A stretch of 64,000 bases of DNA from the human T2T-CHM13v2.0 reference genome, Homo sapiens. Made by a program: the position numbers and the translations under genes. The stretch lies in assembly GCF_009914755.1 (NCBI RefSeq), contig NC_060930.1; one strand, given 5' to 3'. Below the pieces are notes generated by a model that ran no database searches, was not told the origin of the DNA, and worked only from the letters and a program-made list of their open reading frames with translations. Below are positions 12,259 through 24,299 of this stretch, one piece after another (position 1 is the stretch's first letter; the number at the start of each line of letters is the position of its first letter).

Positions 12259-14449
12259 CATTGGCTGGAAGAAAATGAGACAAAATGCCATCCCTACTGC
12301 TGTGAGAGGGAAAAGGAAAGGAAATAAACTACATTGTTGAGACTTCCCCACATAAGTCAGCTCCCTTCTCAGTTGGAAACAAATCTTCTCAGTTAGAAAA
12401 TCTCTGAGAAACAGCTCAGGAATAAGTGGGTCACATATGACGGATTACCAGTTTTTGAAGGCAGAAAACGAATAGACATCTTCTCTGTAGTTTTCTACAT
12501 ACTCCTAGAAAAAAACAAGGGAGGCACTGAGGTGGAGCCCCCTTAGTAGAGGCCAGAGTCACATGGGTGTAGAAGGCACTTCCAGCATTGGACTAAAGAA
12601 TGGGGCCTTGCCCTCTGCTGAGCCAGAAAACAAAACATTTTTGGGTCTTGGAACACTGTGGCTTCCTTGCCAGAGTTTTCTCCAAAGTTACCCATTGTGC
12701 CAGCAGAGATGGCAGAAGAGGGAACTCTTCACTTATCTGACATTTGGATACGATCTTTTCCAAGGGATCCAGTCATAGAGAGGAGAGACATGGAAGTAGG
12801 CAAGAAAGCTTTCGGCCTGCTCTTGAAGGCTACTGTACAGGCAGGAGGTGACCATACAGCTTCCGAGTAGATGAAAATTCTGAATGAAACGGCAAACATT
12901 ACTTAGGAATACTGAGCACGCAAACAAGATGGTACCTCAAAACCAACTTTTGATGTCATTATAATTAAAATGGCTCTGATATAAAGTTTCTATATAGAAG
13001 GGGCTTTGGGCACAACAACCAGAATGCAAGAATTAAAGCCATGTTTGAATAATAATAATATTACATTAAATTCTATAGATAAAGTAATAATAATAATACT
13101 TACATTAAATTTTATACATAAAAAAGTAATCTAAAGATGCCTCCACAGGCACTTGTACAATGTTGAAGAAATGTGGATTCTCCTCTACAAAGAATGCTAT
13201 TTTATTTCTTTGGCATGAATTGACCCAGTAATGATGCTGCTGCTGATTACTTATAATAAAAAATGATTGCTGTAAACAATGAGCTTTCAGATGGTAATAA
13301 AAATCATAGTTAGAAGCAAGTCCACTGAGAACCAGAAGTGACATGTGGGAACAACTTCCAATTAAAATCTCTTAGAAATCAAGATTAAGCATCACTAGTG
13401 TTATGGCAGAAGTCAAAGTAAAAGAGTGGTTTCATTGATACACTGCTTTCTCAGGACTATAGTCATTGCATCATTGAGTATTAATGTTACAAAATGTTGA
13501 GAAAATTAAATACATGCACTGGCATAAACAAGGAACACCTTGATACATAGATATTAAGAATAAAAGTATAAGCAGCACAAAAATGCTTTGATTATAAAGT
13601 AACGTGATATATTCAATATACACTCTGCTCCATTATTTTCTTTACATAGGCAAGTAAACTGTCTTCCCTCCTGTCACCAAGACACTGAGACAGACTAACC
13701 AATGACATCATTTTTAAAGAATATACAACCTATACAACCTATCTACCTGCCAAATTTACAAAGATCTGTCTTTGGATATTTTATATATTTTATCTTGCTG
13801 GGATCTTTTTTGAGATGAACTGATTCTACATGAGCTCTTGGGATAGTTGAAGGACCCTGATGACCTCATTCTGTTAGTGTTTACTTGCTAAGGTATTTTC
13901 TCCTTTTCAGCTTCTTATCTCTTCTGTGACCCAGAAAAAATCTATTTCTGGAATTTTGAGTAGGATCAATGTTTATAGGCTATGATGGGGAAAATTTATT
14001 TTACCTGTATCCATTCAAGCTGATGGAGATGGAGGATGTGTATTTTAATCATCATTTTTTAAATCAGTTTATATTGCCCTCAAATACCAACTGCCCTGTT
14101 TACTGATTGCAGTTAATCTCAGCTGGATGTTTAAAAACTGAATTCTGGATATAGATAAAAATTTCTTAGTAAATACTAATAAATTATTAATAATGATTAT
14201 TACTATTACTGTATATTGAGAGCTTAGTAAGTTCTGCCAATTGTTGAAATCAAGGACATACTGTAGGTAGCATGATCTTTCAGCAACTACTAAAAGACTT
14301 CAAGTGAAAGGAAACATTATTTGGTGTCCCATTCTGTTCCATCTTGGACTGATGATACTTTAAGATTCCGGAAGGATGAGTTAGAGTTAAAAGAAAGAAG
14401 GTATTATAATCAGAAGAGGCTGTACAAACATAAGAATGTGCTTGCATAT

Positions 14450-15030
14450 TCAGTCAGCATTGTTACAGTCAGAATCAAACCACTGATGCAGTCAGAGTAT
14501 ACTGGAGAGTGAGAGGATGGCATGAGGAGACACTGAACATCTGGAAGATGCAGAGCTGAGGATCTGGGGCTTTACTCTGTGAGGAAAGGATTCATAGTGG
14601 AGTACAGTCAGATTTGAATATTACAAAAATCACTCTTAGAAACTATAGGTAGTGTATTGCTATAGAGAAGTGAATTACGTTAGTAAATATTATTGAATTA
14701 TTGCATCAGTTCAGGCAACAATTAAACTCAAGTGGTAAAAGAATATAGAACAGGAAACAGATTTGAGAGCTATTTAAGGGACAGATTGACAAAGTTCCCA
14801 TGTTTCTGGCTGGTAGGATCAGCAGTAATTGATGATATTTACTAAAAGTGCAAATGCAAGGAGAAGAGAAAGGCAGACATAGGGGAATGAGGGAGAAAAA
14901 GTGTTGAGTTCAAAGCCATGTTGAGTTTGGTACAAGAGGAGAACTCAGATGCAGGTGTTCAGGTAACAAGTTATTGAGGAAATCCTAAAGGGAAGTCTAG
15001 GCTAGAAATATCGGGAAACAATGTAAATGA
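14450..15030 (-). mobile_element. Degraded L2 fragment
   Basis: Purine-rich antisense-L2 motifs (GTCAGATTTGAATATTACAAAAATCACTCT, GATTTGAGAGCTATTTAAG, GTTGAGTTTG). Confidence 0.5.
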
Positions 15031-15419
15031 GAAACGAGTAGAGTATGAACAAAGTCAGTAGCAGGGGGAATAGTGAAAACAGGTTGGGCTTAAGAGACAT
15101 ATTGAAGTTAGATTCAGCAAGACTAGTGCCACATTGATTTAACATTAGAGAAATTTATTGTTCTTATTAAGCACCAGAGCCAGTGCTATCAAAGGTATGT
15201 AAATCCACAGGTACAACTTCTAACCTGTAAAAAAACTGTAATTAAAATTTAGTCTTATAGAAATATACTATTTTTTCTATATTAGACTATCACATGTAAA
15301 CTGTAAGGTCAAGGTTCATGTTATCTATTTTAGTATCCAAAGTACCTAGTACTATGTATATGACAACACATGTTTGTTGAACCAAATTGACATATCTCTG
15401 CTGCAATTATCATGGTATC

Positions 15420-15760
15420 AACCATTTTTTCAGCATACACTTACTGAATGTATATAGGCATCAAGCCCTGTGTTTATTGCTAAAGCTACAAATTTAAAAT
15501 ACATTCTTATATCCAAAAAGCTCAGTCTAAGATAAAGACAAACATATATAAGATGGTAATTGCTATGATAGCAGCAAGCACAGGACAAGATGGAAGTACA
15601 GAGCAGAGATATATCACCTAGCTAGGAGTTACAGCTTCCTGTAGGTGATGACTTCTGAGTCAAACTTGAGTTTGAGTAGTAGTTCCCCAGCTTCATTGGG
15701 GTGGGGCTAATAAATAGTGGAAGGTATTGTAGGCATCAGGATCATCTTGTATGAGTAGGG
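15420..15760 (-). mobile_element. L2 3'-end fragment
   Basis: CAGCATACACTTACTGAATGTATATAGGCATCAAGCCCTGTG...AAGCTCAGTCTA. Confidence 0.5.
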
Positions 15761-15982
15761 CACAGGGGTCTCGGAGATCTTAGAACTCTGTAAATAATAC
15801 TAAAAAATTAGTGAGATGATGAAAGTGGAGTGGGTGGTGGGGAGACAATAATGAGCCATGAAAATTCTAGTAAGGATAATATGTCTTCTATGCCATTCTT
15901 AGAAATCTGAATAGGAGAAAAAATAGGAAGGGAAGCTAGTTTCAAAAAATAGCTCAGCATCAGACATAGTGAATTGGAGCTT

Positions 15983-16425
15983 TGTATTAGGGTAGGCTAA
16001 CTATTGTAATAAATAACCACTTTAGTGGCTTAACACAATAAAATTTTCTATTTCATTAATATCCCAATCTAATGATGAGTATGTATGGGGGGGTCTATGT
16101 TCAATTCAGTCAGTCAAACACCAAGGCTCTTTCCAGCCTGTGTCTCTGACCCTCCTCTGTATCCTTAGAATATTTTCCACGTAGCTGGTGGATGAAGAAA
16201 GAGAGTGTAGGTGGAGATAATGTTAAGATATTTAAAGAGTCCAAGATTATATAGGTAAGAAGTTTTTATGGATCAAACCTGAATGAGGCACATATGACAT
16301 CAAAACATATTCCACTGGTCAGAAATCAGGTATTCATACCTGACTTTGAGGAGACTGGGAAATTTTGTCTAGCTAGATGCCCAGTAGGAAAGAAAAAAGA
16401 ATTTGGTGAGCAAATTTCCGTCTGT
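15983..16425 (-). mobile_element. Old MLT1 (J/K/L-like) LTR
   Basis: TGTATTAGGGTAGGCTAACTATTGTAATAAATAACC..AGTGGCTTAACACAATAAAA and GGAGACTGGGAAATTTTGTCT. Confidence 0.6.
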
Positions 16426-17154
16426 GATCTAGGCAAGTTGAAATAAAATGTAGATAGCTAGGTTTGAAATACATTAATAATTTATGAGTTGTAAATATAC
16501 ATAGTGGTTGTTTAAATCATGGAAATGAAGGAAATATCCAAGCATGATCAAGTATATTGAAAAAACTCAAGAATTTCAGCATTTTATGAATACATAAAAG
16601 AGAAGCATGAAAAATAGACTGAACATACTTGGCAGAGAAGCAGAAAGAAGACGACGAGAGAGAATGTCAAAAATACAAAGGGAGAAAGACATGTCAAGAG
16701 GCAGGCAGAGGCCAAAAGCATTATAAGCTCCAAGGTAGTTAAGATAGGAACCATTGGCCACATTCTAAAATTTTAACTACTTCAGTTTCATATAAATTCA
16801 TTATGCCATTTTGATGGTTGAATGACCTACAGAAAGGGGTCCATGATTGTATCTAGAGTAATAAATTGCCTTCATTTATGTCTCAACTTGTTTTAAAATG
16901 TAATATGGTAAAGTTTTCTGCATAACTTAATTACTGAGATTTCAAATTAGCTTTAACAAAACCTTTAAATCTACAACTAGAGTTACTTTTCTCACGTAAG
17001 TTTTGCGTGTGATGACTGTCTCAAAAAGATTAAAAATATCAATAAAATACACTTTTCATTCAACTTTCATGTTTATAATCTCTCTAATCCATTTTTAGTT
17101 AGCAGCTCCCTTGTGTATTCACTATGTATGTAAAATCTGTTTGCTCATATGCTT

Positions 17155-17186
17155 CATATGTGTGTGTGTGTATATATATATATACA
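17155..17186. repeat. (TG)n(TA)n microsatellite
   Basis: Direct inspection. Confidence 0.85.
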
Positions 17187-18094
17187 TCTATGTACTTCCT
17201 CATGGAAAAATATAATTAAATTTAAATTATTGACTAATAAAACAATTTAAAAAATGCATTGCTAAACATCTCAAAATTGTGTTTTCAATTATGAAAAACA
17301 TTAATGAAACTATTTGGAAATTGCGTAGCTCTAAGGAACAATGCAAGTGGAAGGTGAAATACATTGTTTGTGTTTTAATACCAATGTTTTAAATGTTTAA
17401 ATGTTAATAAACATTTTAAATGTATAGGTATATATTGCTTGGCATTGAAAATAGTGTGAAGAAATGCTTTTCGAATATTCTTGTAGCTATTGGTCTTTCT
17501 TCAAAAGAGTTTTCCTCAAATTTTCAATGCATATAATAGATGCAAGAGGAGCTCTTATAATTGATGGTTTCTCCTAATGGTAACCTCCCGGGCAACTCTT
17601 AGAATTCCTAAATCAAAAGGAGCAGAGTTTGAAAACAATCCTTGTGCTCTGTGGTGGTAGGCACTGCCACAGGAAGGCAAATGTTGATAATTTTTAAAAA
17701 TGTGGTGCTGAGATGCTTGAGTGATCCAAGTTGGAAAGATTGAGAGCAAGAAGTTAAAAAGCTGAATAGTGGTAGGCCATCATAAATAAACAAGTAAATA
17801 AATAAATAATAAATAAAGAGCTGATACAGGCTAGTATGTTAGTGCTGAGATGGACCAGAGGGCCAGCCCAGCCCTGGCCATGGCCTCGGAGGAAACCTTT
17901 GCCACACGCTTAGACAACAAAACAAGACAGAGCAAAAACAAAAACACAAAAACAACAACAAACCTCCAGAGATTTAAAGGACAGTCAAATGATATTTAGC
18001 AGCAATGATTAATACCAAGCCAAATGAATGCACTTCTGCCCCTTAACTATAATAGTGCATACCATGAAATGTTCTCACCTTAAATTCAAACTCC

Positions 18095-18350
18095 ATTCAC
18101 ACGTATTCATTCAAAATGTATTAAGCACCTATGAGCCGGCTCTCTGCTAGTGGTGGCAATACAAAGAAGATATCATGCATAATCTCTTCCAGCAAAAATC
18201 TTTAATCCTCACAGAAGAGTAATGAGTACATAAAAATAATGGCTGAGGGGGAATATGTCATCCTAATGGAGCACAGAAATAGGGTTTCCAGATCTGACTG
18301 ATGGGCCAGAGATCATCTTCTGGCAGGAGGGATACTTGAACGAGGTTAGT
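18095..18350 (-). mobile_element. L2 3'-end fragment
   Basis: ATTCATTCAAAATGTATTAAGCACCTATGAGCCGGCTCTCTGCTAG. Confidence 0.55.
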
Positions 18351-19361
18351 GACATGCCAGGGGTGGGTACTTAGGCAGATTAGAGTTCAGCAACTGTAAC
18401 ACCAACAAGGACAGAAAATTAACAAAATAAAGAAAAACAAAACCACATGCATTGGTCTCTCACTATATGCCAGACACTGTACTATGGACGTCATTTGGAT
18501 TCTTACTGAAGGTATACAATTAGCCTACGGATGATGACCCTGTGACCTGGATACCCTTAACCATATTTTATATCTAGGAAGAAGATTAAATGTGTTAAGA
18601 ATCTTGTTCAACATGATACAACTCTGCTTCGGCAGCTAAGCAATATTATAGGCTCATGAAGTCTTACTCTAGAGCTTTATTTTTTAACCACATTAGACTG
18701 TGAAGAAGTATTTTTTGAAAAAAACAAGAAAGCTGGAGAGGCCCCTTAGGGTATTTGTGAAGAAGAAAAATCCTGTTTTTGTTCCCTTTTTTTTTTTTGA
18801 GTGATGTCAGCTTACTAGAGGGACCTCAGAAAACCAGCTGACAAGGTTGAATATGCTGAGTTTATTATGCAAAGCAATATCTTTTTATAATTTACAATAT
18901 TGAACAATATTAAAAAGAAAATCCCCCAAACATTTGAGTTGATGTGTTTTTTTTTTCTCTTGTCATTTTAAGACAGGAATAAATAAAATAGAAAGAAAAG
19001 CCCACAGGAGGTTGTGTTTCTACTATCTTAAAGTGCAAATCATAAGGACCTTTGAAAATTATTGTCATGTTATTTCATAGCCTTCTTTTCAAAGCCAGAG
19101 AGTTTCAATTTCTATAAATATTTCACACAATAAAGGTATTGCAAAAATTCCTGTCTCTCACTAACCCACCTCCATCAGACCCTTGTATCTCTCTTTATTC
19201 AACTTAGATTTTATGTCCTTCATGATGACCTCTCCCTTGCTTAGTTCTCAACACTACTCACCTTCTTGTTTTATTGTGCTTGCTTTTTTGAACTACATTC
19301 TTAGTTAACCCAATTGTCCACCAACTCTGAACCTGCACCAACCACAGCTGAATGTGGCTGG

Positions 19362-19405
19362 AAAAACAAAAACAAAAACAAAAACAAAAACAAACAAACA
19401 AAAAA
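19362..19405 (+). repeat. (AAAAAC)n simple repeat
   Basis: Direct inspection. Confidence 0.85.
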
Positions 19406-20957
19406 CACTCTCATGCTAACTGGCCGCACTTTAAAGGTTCACGTAAGTGGGTCTATAATGTTGCCTGTAGTAATGCTGTATTTCCCATCTATTCATTCTC
19501 TCACTTTCCTAGAAGACACTATCATATCTTGTTCTTGAGTTTTCATCACTTTTACTCTCATTCTCATTCACAGATGCTGGATTTTTTTACTGTCTTTCAT
19601 TTAGAAAATTCAAGCACACAGAGGAGAACTTACATGTGGATTGTGTCCTCAAAATAATTATTTTGCTGTTCATGCTCCCAGGGAAGGCTGACTCTTCCTC
19701 TAGTTCCCTAGACCCCACATACTCTTGTCTACTTAAGGAAATCTCTCTAGTATTTTCCCTATCTCTGTTACATTATCAAATTTTTCTTCTCTTCTGAGTC
19801 TTCTCACTAGCATATAAACATTGTTATTGTTTTTCCACAGTTAAAATCTGTGTCTTAACAAAGTTGTCAAAATATTGAAGAAATGCGAAACTGGGTAATG
19901 GGTGCCCGTGGATACATTATACTACTCTCTCTCTGTTTATGTACATTAAAAATAAATCTGTAATGCAAAAGTCACAGCAGAAATGAAAAACAGACCCTTC
20001 TATTCCCTTTGAGATACTACACTAATTCTCACATGCCACAAATACCTCAGAAAGTATCAACACTGCGCTCTCATTAATGTTGTTACTTTTATTTTCTCTT
20101 GAATTTATTACATTCAGGTTTTTGCCCAGCACTCCATGGAAACTACTCTTGTCAAGGTCACTAATGATGTTTCCTTTGCTAAATCCAATAATCATTTTTA
20201 GTATACATGTTACTTGATTTATCATCAGTATTCAACCTGGTTGATCACTTTCTTCTTTTATATACCATCTTTCCTTGGCTACCATGTACTACAGTATCCT
20301 GGTTGTCTTCAACATCCCTGACTCCTCCTCTATTTTTTCCTTTGTTCATTCTCTAAGCATTGGAGCATTTGTGGACTCAGTCCTTGCAATCCTTGGACAT
20401 CTGTTCTCTTCTTTCTCTACTCACTCTTTCAGTGACTTTTAGTGTTATCCTGTTGACTACTATGCTAATGCTAATGATTCCCTATTTTATATTGCCAATC
20501 ATAATCTCTGCCCTGATTCCTATATCATACTGCCTCCCTTATATCTTCACTGAAATCTCTAATAAGGAATTCAAATCTAGCATGTGAAAACTGAGTTCCT
20601 CATCTCCTTCTCTCCATCTTCAATAGTCATTGCCATTTCAACAAAGACCAATTCTATTTTTGAGTGATTCAGGACAAAAAACACAGAGGTATTCTCAAAC
20701 TCTCCCATTTCTTTCACTCCTCAAATTTGTTCTTTTAGCAAATTCTGTCATTTCTGGTTTCTAACTGACTCCATTATCCTAAGTCACCATCATCTCTCAT
20801 CTAATTTTTTTCAATAACATCTTAATCAATCTTAGTCTATCATTAAGAATGGACAGTATGATCTTTGAAATGCATAGTCAGATCATCTCTAGCCTCTGCT
20901 TCAAAGTATCTAATAGCTTTCCATTCAACAACAAAGTCCTTTCTATGCTTTACAATC

Positions 20958-21092
20958 TTACTATTCAAAGTATGGTCCATCACCTGTTAGCTTGTAAAAT
21001 TCAGAACCTCAGGCTCCAACCAAGACCTACCGAACCAGAATATACATTTTAATAAGGTGCCCAGGGTTCACCTGCACATTAAAGAGCATTGT
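20958..21092. mobile_element. MER5A (hAT-Charlie MITE) inserted in the L2
   Basis: TACTATTCAAAGTATGGTCC...AAAATTCAGAACCTCAGGCTCC...GACCTACCGAACCAGAATATACATTTTAATAAG. Confidence 0.7.
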
Positions 21093-22719
21093 TTGGCAAG
21101 GTCCTACAAAAGTTGCAACTCTCACATTATCACTCTGATTTCATTTCTTAGTATTCTACCCCTCATTTACTCTCTTCCAGACAGTATAACCTCTTTGCTA
21201 TTCCTCAAGTATATCAGCCATTCTCCTACCTCAGGACTTTTGCTTTGCCCTTTTGCTGCTTTCTGAGGTATCCTCATGGCTGTGCCTTCACTTGGAAGTT
21301 ACCATCTCAGTCATTCTCTGGCCACCCTCTGTAAAATTTACTGCCTCTCTTCCTTTATCACTTTTCCACTCCTTCCTTCTCTCTCATCCTGCCCCCATAG
21401 CATTAATCATCACCTAACACATATTTTATTCAGTTACCTTGGTTGTTGCTTTTTTTTTTTTTTAGCTAGACCATAAGCTCTGTAAACACAAGGGGTTTTC
21501 TTTTCCTTTTTTCTGCAGTGTGGTTTCTCCAGATGTAAAAGATAATTTGGCACATGATTGATGCTAATAACTATTTGTTGAATGGATGAGTGCTTCTTCT
21601 ATTTTATTTTCTCAAGGATCCCTCATGGAAAGTTTTTCAAGACTTTCATCCCATGGATTCCAACCTTTTTCTCTGTGTATCAGTGCTGTAATGGCCACAC
21701 TTCCATGTCTTTCCCTGCCTGGGAATTCTCTGGCAAACCTGAAGCCTTTGATGGACCCTGCCACTGCCCCCACCAAGCAAGGCTAAACAAAAGCAGAGAG
21801 CTGTTTCCATTGTGCAAAGCGGAATCACCAACCTCAAATACTTACTCAACACCGTCTGACAATTCTTCCACTTTCTGTTGGTAAGACTACTCCATCATCT
21901 TCCAACTCCCAAGTAGCTGTTCTTTCCATATGCAGAATAGTTTCACTGATATTTTTCTCAACCTAGACTAAGAGGCTCCACTCAGAGGAGCTCATCTGCT
22001 CACCAAAAATATCACCAAATTACATTCTTCTATTTTCAATTTTCTCCCAAAAGGAATTGCGTGCTGTCTTGAAAGTAAACACTTTTCTCTCATTATACCT
22101 GGAAGAAAAACAGACATTGCAATTTAGGGTTTCATAATTTTCTTAATAATGTAAAAAATATATTTTCTCAGCTTGTACACAGTCTCAAAATGAGAATTTT
22201 GAGAATACTCAATGTGATAAAATGTATCTGTAAGATCAATATTCCTTTGACAAAAGATATGTTTAAAAAGAACACAAAACTTAGATGTTCAGGCCCTATA
22301 GACCTCATTACTTCATAATCACATTAAGAAAATTAATACTTAATTATATGTAAATATATAATTTATGTTAAAAATTATGTCACTCCTATGCTTAGCTTAA
22401 AAACCAATTTTTAGATTTAAATATTATATTTTCTCCTCTTTTCCATCAAAGTTGTTTGAGGATTTTTGTTTAAACATCTCTTTTTTCCTAATTCCCCATA
22501 CTCTATTAAGCCATTAATTACTATTATTACCAATATAAATAATGTAAATGACATTTTAAAAGATAATGACATTTAATCTTCTAAAATAGATTTATCATCT
22601 CTTACAGATACTATACCAAATTAATGATAAAATAGACTTATTTTATTGATACAATTAATTTATTAGTGACAATGTAACTGACCAACTTTACAAACTAAAA
22701 ATCAATGAACCATTATACG

Positions 22720-23220
22720 ATCAAGATTACTTTTGCTGCCAGTTACATACATGTACGTTGAACTACATCTAGCAAATAAGGGTAATTTATTGGCTAACAT
22801 AACCAAGGAAAGGACAGAGTTGTAACAAGGGCTCAGGGATAAGTATCCCCCTCTTTACTCTGCTTCTGTCTTTCTACTGACTTCTCCCATAACAGCTGCA
22901 CACAAAGTTACTGGCAGCTTTCACACTTAAATTTCCTAATTATCTGAAAACCAAAGAGGAAGTAAAAGTTATTCCATATTTTCTCAGGTTCACAAATCCC
23001 AGAGAAAGTTTCTTATTGGTTCTGTCTGAGTCAATGCTGACTCTACTGGTAATAATCACCATGAAGAGGGTTTCTGAAGCTCGAAGAAGATGGCAGCTTT
23101 CTTTGGAACCATCTAGTTAATATTGGGACAAGGAAATTGCTGGAACAAATTGGTGAAAATGTGGTGTGCATTTGGTGAATTGTTGCACTGGACAGACAAA
23201 ACCACAGATGTTTTCTAACA
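22720..23220 (-). mobile_element. Old MLT1 (J-like) LTR
   Basis: AAGGGTAATTTATTGGCTAACATAAC and TCTTATTGGTTCTGTCTGAGTCA. Confidence 0.45.
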
Positions 23221-24299
23221 ACCCTTTGCTTTATATCTTCCTGTTTCCTAATTAGAGACCATTGTCCTAGAAGCTTAATTGTATTTATCTTTTTATTTAT
23301 TTATTTTTGCAGCACAACAAAAGGGAATCCACAATTTGAGGGTGGCAAATAGAATAGCTTATTGCCAAAGTTATACAGGGAAGAAAACTCAGGTTTGTTC
23401 TGAAGAAAAATGATTCACTTGAAGCAACTTAAGGGGGTTATAAACCTTCCCAAAGACAAATAACTTTGTGATGATAAATACTTAAACTGGTATCATAGAA
23501 ATTAACACAAAATTTTGACTGTCAGGAGTTTTTCATGTGCTCAAAAAACTGGAAAAAAATATAGTAGCCTAAAGCAAAACTGTCTTACAAAATAATATAA
23601 ATAAGTATATTGGCTAGGCTCAAAAAATTCTTTCAATTCTTTTGAATAAACAGCATGCTTTTCTTTTCTACTTTAAATATGTCATAACTGTTTTTGACAA
23701 TTAATATTTTTCTTCTGTGCCTGAATTATGTAAACTGGATGTGTAAGGTCCTCAAGGTCCAGGTAGGCATTTAGGAAGCTACAAAAATAATGAAATAAAT
23801 CAACAAAGAAACCATAAGTTTCTTTAATCTTCTTGCTTTATTTTGAAAATTACAAAAAATAAATTATTTTAGCATCAATTTTGCTATTATGTTATTCATA
23901 TTTTATTTTGCTCAAAACAAGTATAAAGTTGCATGATTTGCAAATGATACATGTTTAGAAAGTATACAGTGGTGACACATTACTCTATAAGCTTTATGAT
24001 GGAAGGGGTTTGGATCTGTCCTGTTTATTTCTTTATCTCTTATGCCCAGGGAAGTACCTGGCTCATATTATTTGTGCAGTGATTACTTTTAAATAAATTA
24101 GCTAATCATCATCATATTGTAAGTATAGAATATTTTCTTTTGATATATCTTAAAATCCTGCCATTAAGATTGTGGAATTCAGGTCGGGGTCAAGTTAAAA
24201 ATTTAAATACTAAAGAAAAAGGAGGTGAAGGAATCAATATATCCTTTAATTATACTTTCATAACAATTTCAGAAAATCATGGGGCAAAAAAGCCAAGGT

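Larger units (their letters stand above)
19150..21590 (+). mobile_element. Long degraded L2 (L2a-like) including its 3' end, interrupted by younger inserts
   Basis: CTCTTGTCAAGGTCACTAATGA, AAAACTGAGTTCCTCATCT, CACCATCATCTCTCATCT, and terminal TATTTGTTGAATGGATGA. Confidence 0.7.
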
